A stretch of DNA of 64,000 nucleotides, from the NCBI GenBank assembly GCA_022709735.1, contig JAKLIG010000003.1, positions 70,384 through 134,383 on the forward strand, given 5' to 3'. Shown one piece after another: positions 56,175 to 64,000 of this stretch (position 1 is the stretch's first letter; every line of letters starts with the position of its first letter). This DNA comes from Patescibacteria group bacterium (GTDB taxonomy: Bacteria; Patescibacteriota; Minisyncoccia; Moranbacterales; UBA2206). The position numbers and the translations under genes were made by a program. The notes below the pieces were generated by a model. That model made no database searches. It was not told the origin of the DNA and worked only from the letters and a program-made list of their open reading frames with translations.

Positions 56175-57221
56175 TTATTTCCATTCATAATTAGCAAAAA
56201 CCCAATCCACCAATCTTTTCATATCTTCCCAGCGATTTTCATCACTAAGTATCACAGAAACTATTTTGTGCTCTCTGGTTGGATCAGCCGCTACGGTGAG
56301 AAGCGATTTTCCAGCCATCGGAGTAAAGCCAGTTTTTCCGCCAAGGCAATTTGGCATTTCACGAAGTAGCATATCCGTATTCTTAAGCTGGTGCATATAT
56401 TTCCCGTTCGTCGAATAAACCTGCTCCTCCTCTATCTTCATTATATCCCAAATCAAGCTATATTGTAAGGAATAGGAAGCGATTCTGGCAATGTCGTAGG
56501 CGGATGAATAACATTCTGCTTCCCTGCCGTCAATTTCCAATCCTGATGGAGTGCAAAAATTCGTGTCCTTAAGCCCTAATTCCTTGGCTTTAGCGTTCAT
56601 TAATTTTACAAAATTTTCCGGAGTTGTCGCCACATGAATTGCCAACGCCGTCGCCGCGTCATTAGCGCTGTTTAGAAGCATCGCTTTTAGGAGATTTCGC
56701 ACAGTTATTTTTTCTCCCACATACATCCGGTTGGCGTTGCAAAAAACACTGGTCGGACAGCCCACTGTCGTCCCATCGACATCCAGCGCAGTTTTTGTAA
56801 TTGTCACGCTCTCATCCAAATTTTCAATTTTTTCAGCAACCAGAATTGCCGTCATAATTTTCGTAAGCGACGCAATCTGTGTTTGCTTTCGGCCATCAGC
56901 ATATTCCAAAATCGTTCCACTATCAGCATCAATCGCCACTGACGCTCCCGCTAAAATATTTATATCTCGATAGTTATCCTTTCTTTGCGGAATCAGATTA
57001 TTTGGAAGTTTTTTTTCATCCAGCGGAAAAAGGTTTCGGGAAGCTAGGCTTTGTGGAACATCACTTTGGCAAGAATTTATTTCTTCTTTTTGTTTTTCCC
57101 CGCCCAAAATTTTATTCAAGCTTATTGTATTTTTTTCAAAATTCGCCCTATCAACTAAATCCCCATACATAAAAATGGGGAGAAAGGGAACTATTAAAAT
57201 TGCAAAAATTATATTCAGCAT
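56175..57221 (-). CDS. D-alanyl-D-alanine carboxypeptidase (S11, PBP5/6-like)
   Basis: The SXXK (SLTKIM), SXN (NSANDAA) and KTG (KTGFT) motifs are present. Confidence 0.75.
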   Translation of the reverse strand: MLNIIFAILIVPFLPIFMYGDLVDRANFEKNTISLNKILGGEKQKEEINSCQSDVPQSLASRNLFPLDEKKLPNNLIPQRKDNYRDINILAGASVAIDADSGTILEYADGRKQTQIASLTKIMTAILVAEKIENLDESVTITKTALDVDGTTVGCPTSVFCNANRMYVGEKITVRNLLKAMLLNSANDAATALAIHVATTPENFVKLMNAKAKELGLKDTNFCTPSGLEIDGREAECYSSAYDIARIASYSLQYSLIWDIMKIEEEQVYSTNGKYMHQLKNTDMLLREMPNCLGGKTGFTPMAGKSLLTVAADPTREHKIVSVILSDENRWEDMKRLVDWVFANYEWK

Positions 57222-57237
57222 TTAAAAAAATATTGCT

Positions 57238-57780
57238 TTAGCTTGCGATCACGCTTTCTATCCGACTGTCTTTTGAAAGTGTTTCAAAATCCGGCAGTTT
57301 TGAAATATCATCCAACCCGAGTTTTTTCAAAAATTCAAAAGATATTTTATATAAATATGATCGGTTATCCGTCGGATTTTCCACTCTTTCCAAAAGCCCG
57401 CGCATCATAAGATTTCGAAGGGTAAAAGTGCAATTGACTCCGCGGATGGCTTCAATATTGATTCGGGAAATCGGTCCACGGTATGCCACAATTGAAAGCA
57501 CTTCGAGTGCCGCTTTGCTTAACGATTCCTGAATTTCGCTTTTCACGAGTTCTGAAATAATTTCAGAATTCTCCGACGCTGTCGCCATTTGAATTTGATC
57601 TTCTTTTTTGATAATAATTATTCCGCGATTTCCGCTATATTCGCCTTGAAGAACCATTATGGCATTTTCAATTTCCGGCGTTTTTGCGCCAGTAACTTTC
57701 GCAATCTTTGAAATCTTCACCGGCTCTCCGTTCACAAACAAAATACTTTCAATTATTGATTTTAGTTTTTCTATTTCCAT
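57238..57780 (-). CDS. scpB: segregation and condensation protein B
   Basis: It has the two ScpB winged-helix repeats and lies downstream of scpA. Confidence 0.8.
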   Translation of the reverse strand: MEIEKLKSIIESILFVNGEPVKISKIAKVTGAKTPEIENAIMVLQGEYSGNRGIIIIKKEDQIQMATASENSEIISELVKSEIQESLSKAALEVLSIVAYRGPISRINIEAIRGVNCTFTLRNLMMRGLLERVENPTDNRSYLYKISFEFLKKLGLDDISKLPDFETLSKDSRIESVIAS

Positions 57781-57783
57781 AAA

Positions 57784-58488
57784 TTAATTATTTTTTAAGT
57801 TTAGTTTTATTTCTTGGAATAAATCAGCTTGCTCTACTTCCACTATCCTTTGTTTTATCATTTCAAGCATTGCAAGAAAAGATACAATTACCTCCGCTTT
57901 ATCCTGGGCTTTTCCCACCAAATCAGAAAAGGATGATTGGATTTTTTCGCGCAAGAAATTTTCCAGTTCGCTTATTTTCTCTTCCAGCGTCACTACTTCA
58001 CTCACTATCTCTTCAGACAATTTTTCCAGAATCGGAATTTCGCTAAGAATTGAAAGAAAATGTTTTTTGAAATCATAAATATTAAAGTCTTCCGGCGGAT
58101 AAAAAATAGATTTTACTCCCCCGAAACCTTCTCGAGAATAGCAAATTTTTCCTCTTCCGGCAATTTTTCCAAGATTTATTGAGACCTCCTTGAATTTTTT
58201 ATATTCTTCCAGTTGTTTGGCCAAATCCTGGATTTCTTCCTCCTCTTCTTCACTGAATTTCAGCATTGGGAGAAGCGCCCGAGATTTTATAAGAATAAGC
58301 CGTGATGCGACTGACAAAAAATCAGCCAAATTTTCCAGATTAATATTCTGGTTGCTTTTTATATATTCCAAATATTCATTGGCTACTTTGGAAAGGCTAA
58401 GTTCCGTGATTTCTAATTTTTCTTTTTGAATTAGTTCCAGAAGCAATTCCATCGGGCCCTCGAATTTGTCAGTTCTAACCTGATACAT
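57784..58488 (-). CDS. scpA: segregation and condensation protein A
   Basis: The N-terminus FEGPMELLLELIQKEKLEI is typical of ScpA. Confidence 0.8.
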   Translation of the reverse strand: MYQVRTDKFEGPMELLLELIQKEKLEITELSLSKVANEYLEYIKSNQNINLENLADFLSVASRLILIKSRALLPMLKFSEEEEEEIQDLAKQLEEYKKFKEVSINLGKIAGRGKICYSREGFGGVKSIFYPPEDFNIYDFKKHFLSILSEIPILEKLSEEIVSEVVTLEEKISELENFLREKIQSSFSDLVGKAQDKAEVIVSFLAMLEMIKQRIVEVEQADLFQEIKLNLKNN

Positions 58489-58509
58489 ACTGTTTGGTTA
58501 ATTATCTAA

Positions 58510-58598
58510 TTTACGAACTACGAAATGAGCAAACTACGAAACATTCGAACTTCCTTTTCGTATTTTCGTATTTCGTATTTTTTTCGTAGTTCGTAAAA
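58510..58598. repeat. ~88-bp TIR-bounded intergenic element
   Basis: TTTACGAACTACGAAATGAGCAAACTACGAAAC...TTTCGTATTTTTTTCGTAGTTCGTAAAAC fills the spacer between the 58599 stop and the scpA start. Confidence 0.6.
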
Positions 58599-59096
58599 CT
58601 ATTTCTTTTTGCTAAAACTTCCCTTGACCACTTCCTCTTTTTTTATATATTCACTGGTATTAATCAAAATTGATTCCGTATATTCTCCTGATCCGGTATA
58701 AATTTTCTTGTTTTTGAGAAGCAGACTGTCGGCAAAAATATCTAATTTTATAAGACCGCGAAATGGCGGAGTAGCGCCGACTTTTCCTTCTAAATTCTTT
58801 TTCATCCAAACTTCTTTGGCAAAATCAATTTTTTTGCTGTTTTTTAAGCCCTGCTTTTTCCTTTGCGCATTAATGAGTTTCAATAATTTCTGCTTGTCTA
58901 AATTCCTGTTTCCCGGTATTAGCGCTAAAACATAATTATTATCCGCTTTCATAACCAAAGCTTTCGCCACCATTTTTGGATCAATTTTTTCCGTCTGCGC
59001 CGTGTCCCAAGCTGTGAAGGTTTTTTTATGATCAATGATATTATATTTATATTTTTTCTCTTCTAAATATTTTTGGATTTTTTTAGAAATAGCCAT
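58599..59096 (-). CDS. YbaK/ProX-family aminoacyl-tRNA deacylase
   Basis: 165 aa with YbaK-like conserved Lys and GxxxG-type residues. Confidence 0.6.
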   Translation of the reverse strand: MAISKKIQKYLEEKKYKYNIIDHKKTFTAWDTAQTEKIDPKMVAKALVMKADNNYVLALIPGNRNLDKQKLLKLINAQRKKQGLKNSKKIDFAKEVWMKKNLEGKVGATPPFRGLIKLDIFADSLLLKNKKIYTGSGEYTESILINTSEYIKKEEVVKGSFSKKK

Positions 59097-59132
59097 AAAT
59101 TTAAATTATTTTTTACTTTTCTATCATACCAT

Positions 59133-59160
59133 AAAACAAAAATTCAGGAAAATCCTGAAT
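59133..59160 (-). terminator. intrinsic terminator downstream of the MFS gene
   Basis: The minus strand reads ATTCAGGATTTTCCTGAAT followed by TTTTGTTTT. Confidence 0.55.
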
Positions 59161-59212
59161 TAATTCATCTTTTTATTCATAATCATCCTTAACAAATTTT
59201 CACTTCTTTTTC

Positions 59213-60379
59213 TCATTTACTGTCTTTGAGCCTGAAAACCGGGTAAAGCGCGAGAAAAACTGTTATCGCCAACAAGACGAAAACCGCTTTTATCGAAAAA
59301 AAGAAAATCACCAAAGCGGAAACAATTGAAGCTACGATATATGCTCCGGGACGCGCCGTTCGGAAAATATTAATGAGATCCACATCACTCGCATCAATTC
59401 GTTTGTAGAAATACGAATCCCGAAGAATTTCAATCAGCGACGCGCCAACTCTTGTCAAAAAGAAAACCGCCGACCAGACAAGAATGCTTTTTGAATTTAT
59501 AAAATATACTGCCAGTGTCGAAATTCCCATCAAAAATACCGCGCCGACGAGCATCTCTTTTTCCCCCAACTTTTTATCCGCCAGCATTCCGACCGGATAT
59601 TGAAAAAGAACAAAAGGCACAAGCATGATTGTGAAAATAATTCCGATTTCTTTCCAACTTATGCCAAGATCAATAAGATAAATTGGCGCATAAATTACCA
59701 TCACGGCATAAAAAAATTCCAAAGTGAAGGAAATAAGATAAATATGCAAAATATTCTCTCTCTTTGCAATTTTTCGAAAAATTGAGACCAGCGAAAGATC
59801 GCTTCGCAAATTTTTTCCCGCCCGTTCCATAATGTTAGTTTCGATAAAAAGAACAGCAGTATTGATGATGAGCAGGATAAGAAAAACTCCGAAATATTGG
59901 AATTTTGAAAATATTTCAATAGACAAAAACGGACCCAAAAGAAAACCTAAATTCATAATCGTGAGAAATGTCCCGCGGATTCTTCCGGACATATTGTCGA
60001 TGGAATAAGATTCCAAAATTATATCCAGCATAACCCATTCCAAATTTCCAAAAATCAGATACAAAATTACAAGCGTAATTCCCAAGTATCCGGAAGGCAA
60101 AAAAAGAAGACCGGTAATAATTGCTACTTTTGAAACTAGCGAAAAAACAAGCACATCGGATTTCCCAAATTTTCTGACAATTTTGTGCAAATTTAAAAAT
60201 ATAATCAGTATCACGCCATAAGCGATCAAATAAAAAACCCCGACATTTTCCGTGCCGGAAGCTAGTTTGAAAAAAGAAGACATTATATAAAGAAAAAAAG
60301 CTTCGGATAATCCCACTAAAAGAGAAACCGCGCTGATAATTCTTATTTTTTTCAGATTTAATTTTTCGTGATGAAGCAC
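59213..60379 (-). CDS. MFS transporter
   Basis: 388 aa with 12 predicted TM helices in a 6+6 arrangement. Confidence 0.7.
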   Translation of the reverse strand: MLHHEKLNLKKIRIISAVSLLVGLSEAFFLYIMSSFFKLASGTENVGVFYLIAYGVILIIFLNLHKIVRKFGKSDVLVFSLVSKVAIITGLLFLPSGYLGITLVILYLIFGNLEWVMLDIILESYSIDNMSGRIRGTFLTIMNLGFLLGPFLSIEIFSKFQYFGVFLILLIINTAVLFIETNIMERAGKNLRSDLSLVSIFRKIAKRENILHIYLISFTLEFFYAVMVIYAPIYLIDLGISWKEIGIIFTIMLVPFVLFQYPVGMLADKKLGEKEMLVGAVFLMGISTLAVYFINSKSILVWSAVFFLTRVGASLIEILRDSYFYKRIDASDVDLINIFRTARPGAYIVASIVSALVIFFFSIKAVFVLLAITVFLALYPVFRLKDSK

Positions 60380-60407
60380 TGTGTTTGTTTTGATTTTTAT
60401 CTAAAAT

Positions 60408-61730
60408 TTATGGCGCCAATCTTTTCACATCCCGCGGGAAAAGAATGGCCTCCTTGATTGAAGCAATGCCAAGAATTTTTTGCACAATTCGTTCCGAACC
60501 AAGCCCCCAACCGCCGTGCGGTGGCATACCGATTTTGAAAACTTCCAAATAATCTTTGAAATCTTCCGGATTCAGTTTGTGTTTTTTAATATTGGCCACC
60601 AGCTGATTATAATTATGAATTCTTTGGCTACCAGTCGCAATTTCCACTCCCTTGAAAATCAAGTCGAAGCCTTCCGTAAATTGCGGGTCATCACTGCTTG
60701 GCATAGTATAAAATGGCTTGGCGCTAGCCGGATAGTGTGTGATAAAAATAAAATCACTGTCATAAGTTTTCTTTGCCCACTCCGAGATCATTCGTTCGCC
60801 TTCCGGATCGATATCAATTCCTTCGATTTCCTTATTATATTCTTTTTTGAGAATTTCCAGCGCTTCAGTAAGTTTTATTTTTGGAAAAGTTTCCGGAACA
60901 AAAATTTCACTTTCATATTCTGCCAGTTCCTTGGCGCATTTTTCTTTCGCGTCTTTTATAATTCTTTTCATCACAATTTCAAGTTCATCCATAATTTCGG
61001 AAAAATTTTCGATAAATCCCATTTCCGCATCAAGTCCCGTATATTCATTAACATGTCGAGTGGTAAAATGCGGTTCCGCGCGAAAAACTGTGCCAATTTC
61101 AAAAACTCGCTCAAACGCTCCGACTCCAGCTTGTTTATAGAACTGCGGGCTTTGCGCGAGATAGGCGTCTCTTTTGAAATATTTTATTTTGAAAAAGTTC
61201 GCTCCGCCTTCTGTCGCCGCCGAAAGAATTTTTGGAGTTTTTATCTCTAAAAATCCTCTCTCTCGCAACACCTCGGCATAGGATTTTAAAATTTGCGAAT
61301 AAACTTTGAAAATATCATTTACCTTCTTGTTTCGAAGCGATAAATTTCGATTATCCAAAAGCGTAACCAGATTTACATCCAAATCTTTTTTGGAAACATC
61401 AAAAGGCAATTCTCCTTCGACGCGAGAAATTATCTCCATCTTTTCCACTTCAATTTCCACTTTTCCCAAAGGATTTTCATTTTTTTCTTGTCCGCCTGGA
61501 CGCTCTTTTACCAAACCTTCGACTGATATGACAAATTCATTTCTCACTTCCTTGGACGCGCTATATGCGCCTTCTTTGTCCGGAATAACTACCATTTGGA
61601 TTATTCCTGATCGGTCGCGAAGATCAATAAAAATAAGCTTGCCGTGATCGCGCCGGACATTTACCCAGCCGGAAAGTTTCACTTTTTGGCCGATTAGATT
61701 TGGAGTTTCGGAAATTAAAATTCGTTTCAT
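60408..61730 (-). CDS. aspS: aspartate--tRNA ligase, archaeal/eukaryotic type (class IIb; discriminating status unknown)
   Basis: It has an N-terminal OB fold, the class II motifs 1-3 and the C-terminal GGWGLGSERIV...FPRDVKRLAP. At 440 aa it is the archaeal-type size. Confidence 0.8.
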   Translation of the reverse strand: MKRILISETPNLIGQKVKLSGWVNVRRDHGKLIFIDLRDRSGIIQMVVIPDKEGAYSASKEVRNEFVISVEGLVKERPGGQEKNENPLGKVEIEVEKMEIISRVEGELPFDVSKKDLDVNLVTLLDNRNLSLRNKKVNDIFKVYSQILKSYAEVLRERGFLEIKTPKILSAATEGGANFFKIKYFKRDAYLAQSPQFYKQAGVGAFERVFEIGTVFRAEPHFTTRHVNEYTGLDAEMGFIENFSEIMDELEIVMKRIIKDAKEKCAKELAEYESEIFVPETFPKIKLTEALEILKKEYNKEIEGIDIDPEGERMISEWAKKTYDSDFIFITHYPASAKPFYTMPSSDDPQFTEGFDLIFKGVEIATGSQRIHNYNQLVANIKKHKLNPEDFKDYLEVFKIGMPPHGGWGLGSERIVQKILGIASIKEAILFPRDVKRLAP

Positions 61731-61742
61731 AAATTTATTTAA

Positions 61743-62552
61743 TTATTCTCCTAATAGTTCCCCGACTTTTTTGGAAAGTTCGCTTGGAATTATTTTAGTT
61801 TTAATGAAAAATTCATTGGCGCCTAATTTTTTTACTTTTTCTTCAACATGGTCTTCAACCGAAGCCGAGAGAATGATAATTGGAATGTCTTTTGTTTTTT
61901 CTTCCAATTTCAATTTTTCAATTATCTCATCTCCCGTCATCGCCGGCATCATCATATCAATTATAAAAAGATTGAAATCCTTGCTTAGCGCCTCCTTGAG
62001 GCCCCAAGCGCCATTATTGGCTGTTTCAACAACATAGCCGTCTTGGCGAAGTTTTTCCCCAAACATTTCCAAAAATATTTCTTCGTCTTCAATCAAAAGA
62101 ATTTTTTTCTTTCCGTTTTTTTCTTTCTCCGCAGAAAGCTGGCTGTCTCCATTATGTGAAGCTTCGTTTTTTTCCATCTCCCTGTCTTGATTCATCCTTC
62201 TGGAAATTTCCTTGACCAAATCAGACGGCGCATAATTCGCCTTGATGATAAATCCATCGGCGCCCAATTTCATTGCTTTGTCTTGATCTTCTTTTTGACT
62301 CAAATTGCTGAACACAAAAATTTTCATTCCGGGATTGCAATTTGATTCCCTGATATTTTTTATCACTTCAAATCCGTCCATTTTCGGCATAATAAGATCG
62401 AGGAGCATAATATCGGCCTTTTCGGTCCTGTCCAGTTCCAAAGCTTTTTCCCCGCAGTCCGCCGCCAGAACTTCATAACCGGACTCGGAAAACTTTTTCT
62501 GGTATATTTCAGAAATCATCGGATCATCTTCAACAATGATAATTTTGGGCAT
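61743..62552 (-). CDS. tandem receiver-domain (REC-REC) response-regulator protein without an output domain
   Basis: Two CheY-like domains (IIIVEDD...LDLIMPKMDG and ILLIEDE...DMMMPAMTG) are joined by a Glu-rich linker. Confidence 0.7.
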   Translation of the reverse strand: MPKIIIVEDDPMISEIYQKKFSESGYEVLAADCGEKALELDRTEKADIMLLDLIMPKMDGFEVIKNIRESNCNPGMKIFVFSNLSQKEDQDKAMKLGADGFIIKANYAPSDLVKEISRRMNQDREMEKNEASHNGDSQLSAEKEKNGKKKILLIEDEEIFLEMFGEKLRQDGYVVETANNGAWGLKEALSKDFNLFIIDMMMPAMTGDEIIEKLKLEEKTKDIPIIILSASVEDHVEEKVKKLGANEFFIKTKIIPSELSKKVGELLGE

Positions 62553-62599
62553 AAAATTAAAAAAATATAAGTTTTATATTACTTCTAAATTATAGCTTA

Positions 62600-63460
62600 T
62601 TAAAGAGAAAAGGCAAGTTTTTTTGCCACTTCTTTGATTATCCAGCTGGGAGTGGACGCGCCGGCGGTAATGAAAACTTTTTTTGTTCCCCAAAACCAAG
62701 TTTTTTTGAGCTGGCCGGCATTTTCTACAGAATAAGTTTTGGGATTTTTCTCTTTGGCAATTTCAAAAAGACGAGTGGAATTGGCGCTTTCTTTGGAACC
62801 GATCACAATTACCGCTTCGTTTTTCTCGGCCATTTTTTTTATCTCTTCTTGGCGATCGTGCGTAGTGTAGCAAATGGTAGAAAAAATTTCCGCCTTGCTA
62901 TTTTTCTTTTTGATGAATTTGCCGGCTTTTTCAAAAAAATCAATGTCCTGGGTAGTTTGTGAGATCACTGCAATTTTTTCATTTTTAGAAAATTTAAGTT
63001 TCCCCAAATCTTTTTTCGAAGAAATAATTTTGGCTTTTTTTTCGCCCCATGAATTGATCCCTTCCACTTCCTTGTGCCCCTTGTCGCCAATCAAAATTAT
63101 TTTATATTTTCTTTTTGAAAAAACTTGAGCCAACCGTTGAACTTTGGCAACTTTTGGACAAGTTGTATCGATTATCTCTATTTTTTTCTTTTTCGCAATT
63201 TCAAAAACTTCCGGTCCGACGCCGTGAGCCGTGATGATAAGCGTGCCAATTTCTCCTACCTTGGAATGCAAAAGTTTTTTATAATCTATTTTTTTAATCC
63301 CCTTTTTCTCAACTCGCCTGATCACTTCCGGATTATGCACTAAAGAACCCAATATATAAATTGGTTTTTTCACTTTAGAGATATCAAGAGCGCTCACTAT
63401 TTCATAAGCTCTTTCCACTCCACTGCAAAAACCAGCGAACTGGCTAAGGTTTATCTTCAT
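62600..63460 (-). CDS. ispH: 4-hydroxy-3-methylbut-2-enyl diphosphate reductase
   Basis: The N-terminus GFCSGVERA carries the first cluster Cys, with the two further Cys at the conserved positions. Confidence 0.85.
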   Translation of the reverse strand: MKINLSQFAGFCSGVERAYEIVSALDISKVKKPIYILGSLVHNPEVIRRVEKKGIKKIDYKKLLHSKVGEIGTLIITAHGVGPEVFEIAKKKKIEIIDTTCPKVAKVQRLAQVFSKRKYKIILIGDKGHKEVEGINSWGEKKAKIISSKKDLGKLKFSKNEKIAVISQTTQDIDFFEKAGKFIKKKNSKAEIFSTICYTTHDRQEEIKKMAEKNEAVIVIGSKESANSTRLFEIAKEKNPKTYSVENAGQLKKTWFWGTKKVFITAGASTPSWIIKEVAKKLAFSL

Positions 63461-63572
63461 AATAATAATACTAATGCAAAATCAGCCCATTGCCAAGCTT
63501 TTGCCAATAATTTATTTTAGTAGTATGCTAGATAAAGACAGAAAATTATAAATCCTAATAAATCTAATTATT

Positions 63573-64000
63573 ATGCAAAATAATAAAAAACATTCCGAGA
63601 CAGTCGCAGTTATTGGATTGGGTTATGTCGGGTTGCCATTGGCTATTCGAGTCGCCGAAAGAGGTTATAAAACTTATGGCTTTGATATGGATAAGAAAAA
63701 AATTGAAGCTATAAAAAAAGAACGAAGTCCCTTCAAAGAAGAATTTATTGAAAAAAGAAAACATTTACTTTCCAAAATAAATGCCTCAATTGATCCAACT
63801 GTTCTAAAAAAAGCTGATATTGTAGTAGTTTGCGTCCCTACTCCAGTGGATGAAAAGTTTTATCCGATTTTTGAACCTCTTATCTCCGCTATTGAACTAA
63901 TTATAAAAAATAGAAAAGCTGGACAATTAATAATTATTGAATCCACCATCAATCCTGGCGTATGCGAAGAGGTGCTTATACCATTTTTTTCTAAAGCTAA
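63573..64000 (+). CDS. UDP-glucose/GDP-mannose 6-dehydrogenase family protein (N-terminal part; runs off the window)
   Basis: The Rossmann motif VAVIGLGYVGLPLA and VCVPTP are present. The ORF is open to the window end. Confidence 0.75.
   Translation, partial: MQNNKKHSETVAVIGLGYVGLPLAIRVAERGYKTYGFDMDKKKIEAIKKERSPFKEEFIEKRKHLLSKINASIDPTVLKKADIVVVCVPTPVDEKFYPIFEPLISAIELIIKNRKAGQLIIIESTINPGVCEEVLIPFFSKA

Noticed and set aside
63564-63764. 66-aa minus-strand ORF at the right edge
   Set aside because: It overlaps the 5' end of a well-supported plus-strand nucleotide-sugar dehydrogenase gene (Rossmann GxGxxG motif) and has no features of its own.

Overview
This is an AT-rich, gene-dense bacterial segment in which almost every gene is on the minus strand; the only plus-strand features are one CDS at 25567-26202, a partial CDS at the right edge and tRNA-Thr. 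Gene content points to a small-genome CPR/Patescibacteria-like lineage: class I LysRS, archaeal-type AspRS, pyruvate:ferredoxin oxidoreductase porGDAB, reverse rubrerythrin, few Shine-Dalgarno sequences, and tRNAs without an encoded CCA. This lineage call is an inference.

Housekeeping genes, in order:
- serS (partial) and lysS
- greA, then mrdA-mreD-mreC-mreB
- rseP, frr, tRNA-Lys, dnaJ
- dnaK-grpE-hrcA
- tRNA-Gln, ftsX/ftsE, and prfB
- a ZIP transporter, rubrerythrin, tRNA-Thr, porGDAB and a DsbA-like protein
- a MacAB/HlyD-type ABC efflux operon
- rnhA, recJ, an ADP-forming acetyl-CoA synthetase, a PfkB kinase, gpmI, eno and pgk
- mraY, a D-Ala-D-Ala carboxypeptidase, scpB/scpA, a YbaK-like deacylase, an MFS transporter, aspS, ispH and a partial nucleotide-sugar dehydrogenase.

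The findings worth a second look are these:
- a REP-associated tyrosine transposase (RAYT, IS200-like) gene sits inside the efflux operon and carries two GTAG/CTAC-bearing 20-bp palindromes within its own reading frame;
- an ~88-bp repeat family bounded by terminal inverted repeats, with 5-6 copies, each filling an entire intergenic spacer;
- two ~180-bp structured elements whose long hairpin differs by compensatory base-pair swaps;
- a pair of 30-bp palindromes set at matching distances upstream of two genes;
- a short hairpin cassette shared between the pgk coding sequence and the tRNA-Thr/porB junction;
- grpE is fused to an N-terminal NUDIX domain;
- CIRCE operators upstream of hrcA and dnaJ;
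- the +1 frameshift site of prfB;
- near-consensus sigma70-type promoters for greA and the mreB operon.

No CRISPR array and no rRNA are present.
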